42,203 nt of DNA, from IMG/VR virus record IMGVR_UViG_3300012837_000001. The stretch is one strand, 5' to 3'. The position numbers and the translations under genes are program-made. Each line of letters starts with the position of its first letter. The stretch's first letter is position 1. This document shows positions 9,519 to 18,821 of this stretch, piece after piece. Origin of the DNA: a virus. The notes under the pieces are model-generated. The model saw only the letters and a list, made by a program, of their open reading frames with translations. It searched no databases and was not told where the DNA came from.

Positions 9519-11417
9519 ATGCGAACGCCCGCTCGGTCCTATCGTCCGAAGCCCCGAAAGGCTGAGCCATTTACGTTCCCGGCCCCGACGCGCGGCTGGG
9601 TCGCCAACGAGAACCTGGCTGATCCGACGCCTGGCGGCGCTGCGGTCCTGGAGAACTGGTTCCCGACCGCAACAGGCCTGCGCGTTCGATCCGGTTCCGA
9701 GCTGTATGCGACCCTCGGGAGCGAGGGCGAAACCGTCCGGTCGCTCTTCAGCTATGTCAATGGCCTGAACCGGCGGCTGTTCGCCTCGAACGATACGACG
9801 ATCTACGACATCACCAACATCGTCTTTGCCGATAACACGCTGCTGATCGACGAGGACGCTGATAAGCTCGTCACGGATACAGGCGACACCCTCGGCTGGA
9901 ACAGCACCGAAGGGCACGAGGTATTCACCGGGTCGACAGGTGGAAACTGGTCTGTCGTACAGTTCGCCACGGCCGGCGGCGTGTTTCTTGTCGGGGTCAA
10001 CGGCGAGGATGACGGCTTTATCTACGATGGAGAGTTCTTCTACCCCCTTGGATCGTCTGGCAGCTCGCGCCTTGAGTACGACGCAGAAACCGCGCCCTTT
10101 ACGGTAGGCGAGACGCTGACCGGCAGCACGTCTGGGGCAACCGCGACGATCCTCCACATCGTCGACAATGGCACGACCGGCACGCTCATCCTGACGGGCG
10201 AGACTGGTGGACCGTTCGATGACAACGAGGCGATTACAGACGGAGACGGCGGGGCGGCTGTAGCGAATGGCGCAAGCGTCGTCGTGGTCGCTCCGCTCAT
10301 CGGCATCGAGGCCAGTTCGTTCAATTTCATCTGGGTCTACAAGCAGCGGCTTTGGTTTGTCGAAAAGGAAAGCTTGAACGCCTGGTATCTGCCGGTGGAC
10401 CAGATCTCGGGCACCGCTGTGAAGTTCCCGCTCGGCCCAGTGTTCGGCCGCGGTGGCTCCCTTCTCTTCGGGCAAACATGGTCGCTTGATAGCGGCGCCG
10501 AAGGTGGCCTCTCCGAGCAGAACACCTTCACCAGCACAGAGGGCGAGGTCGCGGCTTATCAAGGCATCGACCCTGGCGCTTCTGACGGCTCATGGTCGAA
10601 GGTCGGTGTCTATCGGATCGGACGGCCCATGGGGAACAAGGCCTTCATCCGCGCTGGTGGCGATCTCGTCATTGCAACGGATATCGGCTTCATCCCGCTC
10701 TCTCAGGCCATCCAGCGCGACGTGGCAGCGCTATCGCCGGCGGCGGTATCCTACCCGATCGAGACAGCTTGGAACGAGCGCGTGAGCGAACGCCAATCGC
10801 AAGCTTGGCATTGCGAGCTTTGGCCTACGAAACAGATGTCGGTGGTGGCGCTGCCGACTGTTTCGTCCAGCCGCCCGGAAATGCTGATCGCGAACGCCCG
10901 CACAGGGGCTTGGGCGCTCTACACCGGCTGGAGCGGCACCTGCCTGGAGGTATTCTCCGAACGCCTGTTCTTCGGGTCGACAGACGGCAAGATATTTGAA
11001 GCCGAGGTGACCGGGTCTGACGATACCGCGCCCTACACCGCAACCGTTGTTCCGCTCTTTTCGGACATCGGATCGCCCTACGCGCTCAAGTCCAGCACCA
11101 TGGCCCGCGCCGTGATGCTGTCGCCCTACACGGTCAATGCTCAGGTTTCGCTTCAGGCCGATTTCTCGATCAACCTTCCGTCACCTCCCGACGCGGCCGT
11201 AGGGGCCAGCGGGTCGGTTTGGGGGGCTGGCGTTTGGGGGCAAAGCATCTGGGGAGCCAAGGCTGAAAAGAAGCCCTTCCAGGGCTGGTATAGCGTCTCA
11301 GGCAGTGGTTACGCGCTTGCCCCGGCTTTGCAGATTACCAGCGGCGCTGTTCCCCCACCGGATATCGACCTGGTGAGGATGGAGATCACTGCCCAGACCG
11401 GAGACGTACTGTCTTGA
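9519..11417 (+). CDS. Large virion structural protein (possible tail tube or nozzle, by position)
   Basis: 632-aa ORF, G/S/T-rich, in the tail module. Confidence 0.65.
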   Translation: MRTPARSYRPKPRKAEPFTFPAPTRGWVANENLADPTPGGAAVLENWFPTATGLRVRSGSELYATLGSEGETVRSLFSYVNGLNRRLFASNDTTIYDITNIVFADNTLLIDEDADKLVTDTGDTLGWNSTEGHEVFTGSTGGNWSVVQFATAGGVFLVGVNGEDDGFIYDGEFFYPLGSSGSSRLEYDAETAPFTVGETLTGSTSGATATILHIVDNGTTGTLILTGETGGPFDDNEAITDGDGGAAVANGASVVVVAPLIGIEASSFNFIWVYKQRLWFVEKESLNAWYLPVDQISGTAVKFPLGPVFGRGGSLLFGQTWSLDSGAEGGLSEQNTFTSTEGEVAAYQGIDPGASDGSWSKVGVYRIGRPMGNKAFIRAGGDLVIATDIGFIPLSQAIQRDVAALSPAAVSYPIETAWNERVSERQSQAWHCELWPTKQMSVVALPTVSSSRPEMLIANARTGAWALYTGWSGTCLEVFSERLFFGSTDGKIFEAEVTGSDDTAPYTATVVPLFSDIGSPYALKSSTMARAVMLSPYTVNAQVSLQADFSINLPSPPDAAVGASGSVWGAGVWGQSIWGAKAEKKPFQGWYSVSGSGYALAPALQITSGAVPPPDIDLVRMEITAQTGDVLS

Positions 11418-11815
11418 TCGTTTCTGGCAGCAAGGTCGCGGCCTATGTAGCGGGCCGGTTGGAGACGAACTTTTATCCGCCGTTCACGGCCCTCGGGGTC
11501 GAGCAAAATGGCGAGATCGTCGCTGGCATCGTTTTCAATTGCTGGACCGGGCCGGACGTTCAACTGACGATTGCAGCCGAACCGACCGGTATGACCCGCC
11601 GATTCCTGCGTCGGGTCGGCCTCTACATCACCAAGGAACTCGGCTGCATCCGAGCCACCATCGAAACCGAACAGCCGCACGTCATTGAAATGGCCATGCG
11701 GATGGGCGGACGGGTCGAAGGCGTCAAGCGCGACCTTTACGGCGAAGGCCGCGATGGGACCGTGATCGGCGTCCTTCGGCGCGATTGGTTTCTGACGACA
11801 GGAGGCGACCATTAA
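11414..11815 (+). CDS. GNAT-like acetyltransferase-fold protein
   Basis: 133 aa with a TTG start overlapping the upstream stop. The C-terminal pattern ...ITKELGCIRATIETEQPHVIEMAMRMGGRVEGVKRDLYGEGRDGTVIGVLRRDW resembles the GNAT core (N..a.r...r.GF..EG..R). Confidence 0.5.
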   Translation: MIVSGSKVAAYVAGRLETNFYPPFTALGVEQNGEIVAGIVFNCWTGPDVQLTIAAEPTGMTRRFLRRVGLYITKELGCIRATIETEQPHVIEMAMRMGGRVEGVKRDLYGEGRDGTVIGVLRRDWFLTTGGDH

Positions 11816-11831
11816 AGCGCCAAAAGCACCG

Positions 11832-12818
11832 TTGCCGCCTGATCCGGTTGCCACTGCCTCCGCGCAGTCCGGCGCTAACCGCGATACGGCCATCTCTCAG
11901 GGCATCCTCAACATGACCAATCAGGTCGGTCCCGATGGGAGCCTGACCTACGACAAGATTGGCGACGAGACGCTGACGGACAGCCTGACCGGCCAATCCT
12001 ATACGGTCCCGCGCTATCAGGCGACGACCACGCTTTCTCCGGCTCAGCAGGCGCTTCAGGGCGTCACCGACCAGACCGAGATGAACCTTGCCTCGATCGG
12101 GCGGGATCAGTCCGCGAAGATAGGCGGCATCCTCGGGACGAACGTCGACCTGTCGAACGAGGCAGTCGAAGGCCGGCTGATGGAGCTTGGCTCCAAGCGG
12201 CTCGACCCCCGGTTCGCCCGCGAGGAAGAGGCCTTGCGCACACGGCTCGTCAACCAGGGTCTCCGCCCTGGCACGGCTGCTTTCGATGCCGAGATGTCCA
12301 ATTTCTCGCAGGGCCGGAACGACGCCTACAACCAGCTTGCGTTGCAGGGCCGCGGTCAGGCGGTTCAGGAAATCCTCACCGAGCGCAACCAGCCCCTGAA
12401 CGAGATCTCCGCCCTGATGAGCGGTTCTCAGGTGAGTGCGCCGAACTTCATCAATACGCCACAGTCTCAGGTTGGCGGGACCGATTATCAGGGCGCCGTC
12501 TACAACTCCTATCAGGGCCAGATGGACGCCTATAAGCAGAAGGTGGCCAGCAATAACGCAATGATGGGCGGGCTCTTCGGTTTGGCTGGCACCATCGGCA
12601 CGGCCGGCTTGAAATACTCCGACCGCCGCCTGAAGACCGATGTTGAGAAGGTGGGCACGCTCGACAATGGCCTGCCGGTCTACTCCTACCGCTACAAGGG
12701 CAGCGATGCGCCGGAGATCGGCGTCATGGCTCAGGACGTGCGCAAGCATAACCCTGATGCCGTCCATCGTCAGCCCAGCGGGTATGATGCGGTTGATTAC
12801 GGCAAGGCGGTGCAGTGA
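11832..12818 (+). CDS. Tail or virion protein with a C-terminal peptidase S74 intramolecular chaperone domain
   Basis: The C-terminus SDRRLKTDVEKVGTLDNGLPVYSYRYKGSDAPEIGVMAQDVRKHNPDAV matches the S74 auto-cleaving chaperone signature (SD.RLK...). The start is uncertain: TTG at 11832, the frame is open from 11796, and an ATT at 11811 lies 5 nt after GGAGG. Confidence 0.75.
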   Translation: MPPDPVATASAQSGANRDTAISQGILNMTNQVGPDGSLTYDKIGDETLTDSLTGQSYTVPRYQATTTLSPAQQALQGVTDQTEMNLASIGRDQSAKIGGILGTNVDLSNEAVEGRLMELGSKRLDPRFAREEEALRTRLVNQGLRPGTAAFDAEMSNFSQGRNDAYNQLALQGRGQAVQEILTERNQPLNEISALMSGSQVSAPNFINTPQSQVGGTDYQGAVYNSYQGQMDAYKQKVASNNAMMGGLFGLAGTIGTAGLKYSDRRLKTDVEKVGTLDNGLPVYSYRYKGSDAPEIGVMAQDVRKHNPDAVHRQPSGYDAVDYGKAVQ

Positions 12819-15193
12819 TGGCGGAGGAGGCTTTCACCTGGGGCTCTGGCGGTAACAAGCTGACGGCGGCCGACCGCAACCGCCGCCTTGCTGAGGCTCT
12901 GCTGACGAAGGGGACAGACACGTCGCCCGTCCAGCATTGGACGCAGGGTCTTAACCGGGTGGCTCAGGCTCTCCTCGGCGGAATGTATATGCGCGATGCT
13001 GACGCCGCGGATAAAGCCGGTGCCGCTGCCGTGGCCTCCGATGCTGCGTTGCTGATGGGCGGCGCCCCAGCGGCCTCGACGGTTGCAGCGGTTCCAGCCG
13101 CTGCGCCTTCGATGGCCGGCGGCGGCTCTACTCGTAACATGGCGATGCCGAATGTCTCTCCCGAGATCCGCGACGGCATCGTGCAAACAGCCAGCGCGCT
13201 CGGCATTTCCCCGGTCGATCTAGCGACGACGATTTCCTACGAGACCGGCGGCACCTTCGACCCGACTAAGGCTGGCCCAACCACGAAGTGGGGCCAGCAT
13301 CGGGGCCTGATCCAGTTTGGTGAGCCGCAGGCCAAGCAGCACGGCGTTGACTGGTCCAACCCCGTAGCATCGCAGCTCGGGGCGAATGGCGCGGTTGCCT
13401 CCTATCTCAAGACCGCTGGCGTCACGCCAGGCATGGGCTTGCTTGACATCTATTCCGCGATCAATGCAGGAGCCCCTGGCCTCTACAATCGATCGGATGC
13501 GGCGGCCGGCGGCGCTCCAGGAACCGTCCGCGACAAGGTCGAGCAGCAGATGGCCGGGCATCGCGCCAAGGCTCAGCGCCTCTTCGCTGAAGCCCCTGCG
13601 CCCGGCGCTTCGCCTGTCGCGATGGAAACCGGCCAGCCTGGCTTCGTCATCCCTGAAGGGCAGAGCCCCGTGGAAAGCATCCCCGGCGATGACCCGGCCC
13701 GACTTCGCGCTGAAGCGCAGGCTTATGCCCAGACGAACCCGGAAGCGGCTCGCCAGATGCTGGCCCGTGCGGACGCCGCAGAGGCCGCTGCCGCTCCGAC
13801 CGCGTTGCCACCCGCCCGCCCTGCTGGTTTGGCCGTAGCGCCCGCTCCAGCGCCTGCCATGACGGGGCAGAACTTCAACGCCATCACGTCGGGCGCCCCG
13901 CCGCTCGACCCCGTCTTCCAGACCGAGGGCGTATCTCAGCCGTGGATGGGAACCGCGCTTCCGACCGCGGCTCCTGTCGCCCCGCAGGTGGCGCAGACTC
14001 CCCTCCCGCCCCCACGCCCGGCCGATCTCGCTATGCCGCAGGCTGATCTCCCTGCGCCCGGTGCTGTGCCTGCCATAGGCCAGATGCCGCCCATGACTGC
14101 GCCCGTCGTCGACCCCAACTCCCCGGACGCTGGTGTCAGGGCGCAGATTGCCGCCGACGCTCAAGGGCCTGCCCAGTCGCCCTTCGCTCGGATTGCGGCA
14201 GCCCTTGGCGGACAGAGCGCCCCAGAGCAGGCCGCGCCGGCTCCGAGCCCCGCGGTTCAGACGGTTGCTGCTGCGATGCCGGCGCAGAGCGCGACGGCCG
14301 CCGCTTCGCCTGCTCCTGTTCCGCCCTCGGCCGGCGTCGATCGCGTCGCCTCTGCCATGCGCGTCCTCAATTCGCCCTACGCTCGGCCAGGGCAGCGCGC
14401 CGTTGCCACCATGATCGTGCAGCAGGCGTTCAAGGACCCACAGGAAACCGAGATGAAGCGCCTGGCGGTTGAGAAGGCACGGCGAGAAGCCGAAGGCGCT
14501 CCGCTTGATGCCGAAGGCCGGAAGCTCGATATCGAGACGAAGCGCAAGAACCTAGGCAAAGTGGAAGCCCCCAACGTCCAGCGCATCAAACAGCCGGACG
14601 GCTCCGAGGTTGCTGTCGAGTGGGACCCGACTGCCAAGGCATGGGTTCCGCTTCGGGCGCCTCAAGGTGGTAACGCCGTGTCCGGCTCGCCGGGGAATCC
14701 CTACGCTCTCCCCGGCAAACCGACTGAAAGCCAGAGCAAAGATGCCGGCTTTGCTGGCCGTATGGTCGAGAGCCACAACCTTATCAACGGGCTGGAGAGC
14801 GTCGGGATCGACAAAAAGCAGGCGGCAGCTGGCGCCGTGCCTTACGTGGGCAATGCTCTCTCGTCGCCGGATAAGCAGAAATTCGAGCAGGCGAAACGCA
14901 ACTTCGTCACTGCGGTGCTGCGTAAGGAATCAGGTGCGGCTATTTCGGCCGGAGAATTTGAAACCGAGGAAAAGAAGTATTTCCCGCAGGTTGGAGACAG
15001 CCCCGAGGTCATCAAGCAGAAGCGTGATGCCCGCGAACTGGCGATTGAAGGCGTCATGGCCGGGGCCGGCAGCGGGTACAAGGTGCCGGAGGGCTATAAG
15101 CCTCAGCGCGGCAAGACCGCCGCGTCGCCTGCCTCTACTCCTGACCGCTCTGCCTTGGAAGCCGAAGCGCGTCGTCGAGGGCTCATTAAATGA
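12815..15193 (+). CDS. Internal virion or ejection protein with a lytic transglycosylase (SLT-like) domain
   Basis: SLT-like motifs SYETGG...HRGLIQFG...IYSAINAG within aa ~130-230, followed by a ~280-aa Pro/Ala-rich low-complexity linker and a C-terminal domain. 792 aa. Confidence 0.7.
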   Translation: MMAEEAFTWGSGGNKLTAADRNRRLAEALLTKGTDTSPVQHWTQGLNRVAQALLGGMYMRDADAADKAGAAAVASDAALLMGGAPAASTVAAVPAAAPSMAGGGSTRNMAMPNVSPEIRDGIVQTASALGISPVDLATTISYETGGTFDPTKAGPTTKWGQHRGLIQFGEPQAKQHGVDWSNPVASQLGANGAVASYLKTAGVTPGMGLLDIYSAINAGAPGLYNRSDAAAGGAPGTVRDKVEQQMAGHRAKAQRLFAEAPAPGASPVAMETGQPGFVIPEGQSPVESIPGDDPARLRAEAQAYAQTNPEAARQMLARADAAEAAAAPTALPPARPAGLAVAPAPAPAMTGQNFNAITSGAPPLDPVFQTEGVSQPWMGTALPTAAPVAPQVAQTPLPPPRPADLAMPQADLPAPGAVPAIGQMPPMTAPVVDPNSPDAGVRAQIAADAQGPAQSPFARIAAALGGQSAPEQAAPAPSPAVQTVAAAMPAQSATAAASPAPVPPSAGVDRVASAMRVLNSPYARPGQRAVATMIVQQAFKDPQETEMKRLAVEKARREAEGAPLDAEGRKLDIETKRKNLGKVEAPNVQRIKQPDGSEVAVEWDPTAKAWVPLRAPQGGNAVSGSPGNPYALPGKPTESQSKDAGFAGRMVESHNLINGLESVGIDKKQAAAGAVPYVGNALSSPDKQKFEQAKRNFVTAVLRKESGAAISAGEFETEEKKYFPQVGDSPEVIKQKRDARELAIEGVMAGAGSGYKVPEGYKPQRGKTAASPASTPDRSALEAEARRRGLIK

Positions 15194-16866
15194 GCGACCC
15201 TAGCAAGCTCTCAGACGCGGAACTGCTTGCGGCTCTGAACGGTCCTCAGCAGCCTTCTGGCGCAGCCGGCATGTCCGATGCGGACCTGATGAAAGCTCTC
15301 GGACAGCCGGCGCCGGCGTCGGCCCCTCAACCGTCAATGGTCGGTGACCTCGCCAAGTCGGTAGGCTCTGGGTTGGCGAAAGGCGCCGTAGGTCTGGCCG
15401 GCAGCATCGGTGATATGGCTACCGGGTTGGGCTACATCTCTGATCTTGGCGGCGATTATATAGCTCGTAAGCTTGGCTTCGCTGGGCAGACGCCCTTGCC
15501 TAACGCCGTCGCAGAAACCATCGGCGCCAAGAGCATAGGTGGCGCTATAGATAGCGTCGCAGGCGCACCGGTCACCACCTACAAGCCCGAAACGACCGCA
15601 GGTCGATATGCGCAGACGGCATCTGAATTTGTACCAGGCGCACTGTTGGGGCCGGGTGGCGTAGCTCGGAATGTTATCGGCTATGGCATCGTGCCGGGCC
15701 TCGCCAGTGAAGCGGCGGGGCAGGCAACTGAAGGCACCAAGATGGAGCCTGTGGCGCGCATCGCCGCTGCGATGGCGGCCGGCACACTGCCGGGTCTCGC
15801 CAGCCGAGCCGTAACGCCTATGCCCATCAGCCCCGACCGACAGAAGCTTGTCGAGACCCTAGCCCGCGAAGGGGTCCCACTCACCGCGGGGCAGAAAACC
15901 GGCTCGACGCCGCTTCGGTATGCCGAGAGCATCTTTGGAGAGAGCCCCGGCGCTGGCGGGCAGACTAGCCGAGTAATGGAAGCCCAAGGAGAAGCGTTTA
16001 CAAGCGCCGCGATGCGCCGCGCGGGCGCCGATGGGCTAGCCACCCCCGATGCTCTCCAAGCAAACTACAAGCGCTTGGGGAACGAGTTCGAAACGCTATC
16101 CGCACGAAATACGCTGACAGCAGACACCGCTTTAGGACAGGACATTGGCAAGACGCTTCGCGAGTACGACAAAATACTGCCGAGCGAGCAGCGCACGATC
16201 ATTGGCAACCTCGCCACTGAGATTGTAGATCGGTTTGCGGCCGGCGGCGGAAAAATGTCTGGCACGGATTATCAATCGATCCGGTCCCGGTTGAGCAAGC
16301 GTGCTCAGAACGCGCGCGGCAAGGACGACGATTATGCGGACGCTGCGCGCGGCCTTCGCGATGCTCTCGATAAGGGCATGAAACGCTCGATCACTCCTAG
16401 CGACGCGGAGGCGTGGGATCTCGCCCGCAAGCAGTGGGGTGCGCAAAAGGTTCTGGAACGGGCAGCGTCCGGCGCGGGGTCTGAGGCGGCGCAAGGTCGG
16501 ATTTCACCCGCTCAATTGCGTGTAGCATCAGCCTTGGGTGACAAGAGCGGGTATGCACGGGGACAGGGCGATTTTGCAGAACTCGCCCGCGCTGGGTCAG
16601 CTCTCATGACGCCTTTGCCGAATAGCGGGACAGGCCAGCGGCTGAACTTGGCCCAAATCCTAGGGGCTGGGGCAGGCGGAACAGCTGGGGGAATACCTGG
16701 CGCTATCGTAGGCGCGGCTGCCCCCGGAGCCGCTGGCCGTGTGCTGATGTCAGGCCCTGTCCAGGCCTATCTAGGGAACCAGCTTCTGTCGGGACGGAGC
16801 CCCGGCGTCGACCGGGTCTCTCAGGCGTTGCTTGCGCTCCGCGCGACGGGCCTTCCAGTCCAGTAG
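15190..16866 (+). CDS. Internal virion or ejection protein (hypothetical)
   Basis: 558 aa, G/A-rich, with an N-terminal duplicated SDAELLAAL / SDADLMKAL motif. ATGA-coupled to the upstream gene. Confidence 0.6.
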   Translation: MSDPSKLSDAELLAALNGPQQPSGAAGMSDADLMKALGQPAPASAPQPSMVGDLAKSVGSGLAKGAVGLAGSIGDMATGLGYISDLGGDYIARKLGFAGQTPLPNAVAETIGAKSIGGAIDSVAGAPVTTYKPETTAGRYAQTASEFVPGALLGPGGVARNVIGYGIVPGLASEAAGQATEGTKMEPVARIAAAMAAGTLPGLASRAVTPMPISPDRQKLVETLAREGVPLTAGQKTGSTPLRYAESIFGESPGAGGQTSRVMEAQGEAFTSAAMRRAGADGLATPDALQANYKRLGNEFETLSARNTLTADTALGQDIGKTLREYDKILPSEQRTIIGNLATEIVDRFAAGGGKMSGTDYQSIRSRLSKRAQNARGKDDDYADAARGLRDALDKGMKRSITPSDAEAWDLARKQWGAQKVLERAASGAGSEAAQGRISPAQLRVASALGDKSGYARGQGDFAELARAGSALMTPLPNSGTGQRLNLAQILGAGAGGTAGGIPGAIVGAAAPGAAGRVLMSGPVQAYLGNQLLSGRSPGVDRVSQALLALRATGLPVQ

Positions 16867-17031
16867 GTTCAGAATCAGATTGACGCCGCCGGTGTAGGCC
16901 GCTGCGAGGAGGAGCCCCGTACCAGCCATGCCGTATCCGCTACTGCCCGGCGGCAGCGCTTGGCTGGCGAGGAAGACGCCGCCGAAAAACAGCACTGCTT
17001 GAGGCAGATACCAGAGGAAGAGGTTCTTCAT
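16771..17031 (-). CDS. Small membrane protein (2 predicted TM segments), opposite strand within the tail module
   Basis: MKNLFLWYLPQAVLFFGGVFLASQALPP...GTGLLLAAAYTGGVNLILNLL followed by a basic tail. Its ATG overlaps the upstream stop (ATGA). Its 3-prime end overlaps the convergent plus-strand gene by 96 nt. Confidence 0.5.
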   Translation of the reverse strand: MKNLFLWYLPQAVLFFGGVFLASQALPPGSSGYGMAGTGLLLAAAYTGGVNLILNLLDWKARRAERKQRLRDPVDAGAPSRQKLVP

Positions 17032-17306
17032 TCTACCGAGCTGGCCTTCTTCCCTTTGCCCCTCAATATGTCGAGCCCGAACAACATAGCCGAAGCTATC
17101 GCCCGGTATGGCCAATCCCAGAAGTTCAACGGGCCGCCGTTCGCATTGCCAAACGCAGACGCCCAGATCCCAGCTAGAGCCGCCGCAGAGTGTACCAGGA
17201 ACAACTTGGCAACGCCGCCATCTCTCCATTTCTTCAGGATGAGATGAAGTAGCGCGGCCAAGGCGAACTGTGAAACGACCGCGCCGACGAAATAAGCGAT
17301 TTCCAT
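17028..17306 (-). CDS. Small membrane protein (about 3 hydrophobic segments), opposite strand within the tail module
   Basis: MEIAYFVGAVVSQFALAALLHLILKKW...AAALAGIWASAF...AIASAMLFGLDIL. An alternative upstream start at 17399 exists. Confidence 0.5.
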   Translation of the reverse strand: MEIAYFVGAVVSQFALAALLHLILKKWRDGGVAKLFLVHSAAALAGIWASAFGNANGGPLNFWDWPYRAIASAMLFGLDILRGKGKKASSVE

Positions 17307-17399
17307 CCCCAGGCCCCCGCATTGGTTGCGGCAATCCTGCCTGACGACCTGCGCGCCGTCTACGACATTTCCAGCCAATAACCCGGACATTTCATCCAA

Positions 17400-17431
17400 G
17401 CCTCGCCCTCACACGGCGGGGCTTTTCTTTT
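17400..17431 (+). terminator. Rho-independent terminator 10 nt upstream of the tail-fibre gene
   Basis: GCCTCGCC-ctcacac-GGCGGGGC (8-bp stem with one G-U pair) followed by TTTTCTTTT. Confidence 0.7.
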
Positions 17432-17442
17432 GAGGAGAGGCC

Positions 17443-18321
17443 ATGCCTCGCGATTCATCCGGCGTATTTACCTTGGTGGACGGCTACCTTGCGGTAACAG
17501 GCGAGGTCATCCAGCCCTCCCAGCACAACCCGCCTCTGGAAGACATCGCCAGCGCGTTGACAGGCTCCGTGCCGCGCAATGGGTCTGCGCCGATGTTGGC
17601 GCCGCTGAAGATGCCTGACGGCTCCGCGGCAGCCCCTTCGCTGACCTTCAACGCTGAGACTGGCACGGGTTTCTTCCGCGTATCAGCGGGCGTCATCGGC
17701 GTGGCAATCGGCGGGGCTGTGGTTGCTCAGTTCACCGCGGGGGGCGTCGCTGGCGTCTCTCCTTTGGGCACGCCGATCCCGGTTCTGGATGACGTTCTGC
17801 CGCCGCTCTGTGTCTGGGCTGACGGTCGCAACATCAGCCGCTCAGCCTACGCCGCTCTGTTCACCAAGTGGGGTACGAAATACGGGGCCGGAGATAGCTC
17901 AACGACATTCGGCGTTCCAGATATGAGGGGCACGGGCTTCATCGGCCGCGATAACATCGGCGGGACGGATTCGAGCCGACTTTCTGGCGTCCCGGTCATT
18001 ACGGGGAGCCGCCTGACCACGGGCAGCATCCTGGGCACAAACCTATATTCCCTGCTGCTAGCCCACATGCCGGCGCATAACCATCCGGGTGGCACAACGG
18101 ACCTTCAGGGTCTGCACACCCACGGCTATCTTCAGAACCCGAACGCCTCGAACTACGGACCCGGCCCAGGGCTTTCAGGCGGCACGCAGGTCAGCGGCAA
18201 CACAGATGCCGGTGGCATCCATGGGCACAACGTCAGCCTGCCGGTTCAAGGCAGCGGGACGGCCCACAACACCGTTCAACGATCGATGGTCGGCAATTGG
18301 GCGATCTACGCCGGAGCGTAA
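17443..18321 (+). CDS. Tail fibre protein with a phage tail collar domain
   Basis: TTFGVPDMRGTGFIGRDNIGG matches the tail-collar / MdpB signature (.PDLRGRF..G). GAGGAGAGG lies upstream of the ATG. Confidence 0.8.
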   Translation: MPRDSSGVFTLVDGYLAVTGEVIQPSQHNPPLEDIASALTGSVPRNGSAPMLAPLKMPDGSAAAPSLTFNAETGTGFFRVSAGVIGVAIGGAVVAQFTAGGVAGVSPLGTPIPVLDDVLPPLCVWADGRNISRSAYAALFTKWGTKYGAGDSSTTFGVPDMRGTGFIGRDNIGGTDSSRLSGVPVITGSRLTTGSILGTNLYSLLLAHMPAHNHPGGTTDLQGLHTHGYLQNPNASNYGPGPGLSGGTQVSGNTDAGGIHGHNVSLPVQGSGTAHNTVQRSMVGNWAIYAGA

Positions 18322-18324
18322 TTC

Positions 18325-18807
18325 ATGACATTGCGAATCCCTAAGTCGCAGGCCGATGCGCTCGGTCTGGATCTCACCGCGGCTGTTCGCAGCTTTGGGG
18401 CTGCGCTGGCGGCTCATGCGAGGACGGTCAACAAGCCGGCTCCTAGCGCTCATCCGATCGTCGAAGAGATCGTGAGGATGCATGCGGGGGCGTTCGAGGT
18501 CTTCGATGATCGGACCCCGGCGGACCATCGACAGGAAGCTCAGAGCGCTATTTCCGCGACGGCCATGTCGCTGGCGAACGAAGTGCTTTCGCCGGCCCGG
18601 CAACAGCTCGCGGCAATCGATCAGAACATGCTCGCCTCGAAGCCCAACCGCACGGCGCAGGAAGAGCTTCGTCTGGCGGAGATCGAGCGCCAGTTCGCGG
18701 CCCTCTTCGCGATCCAGCGTCGCGCCGCGGTGCTCGCGGTCGAACTCGACGAACTCCCCGAAAACCAGATTGCCACCTGGCAGCCTCACGGCTGGCCGGC
18801 GCTTTAG
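18325..18807 (+). CDS. Hypothetical protein (possible fibre assembly factor, by position)
   Basis: 160-aa ORF between the two fibre/spike genes. Confidence 0.5.
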   Translation: MTLRIPKSQADALGLDLTAAVRSFGAALAAHARTVNKPAPSAHPIVEEIVRMHAGAFEVFDDRTPADHRQEAQSAISATAMSLANEVLSPARQQLAAIDQNMLASKPNRTAQEELRLAEIERQFAALFAIQRRAAVLAVELDELPENQIATWQPHGWPAL

Positions 18808-18821
18808 GCTGGAGCTGATCT

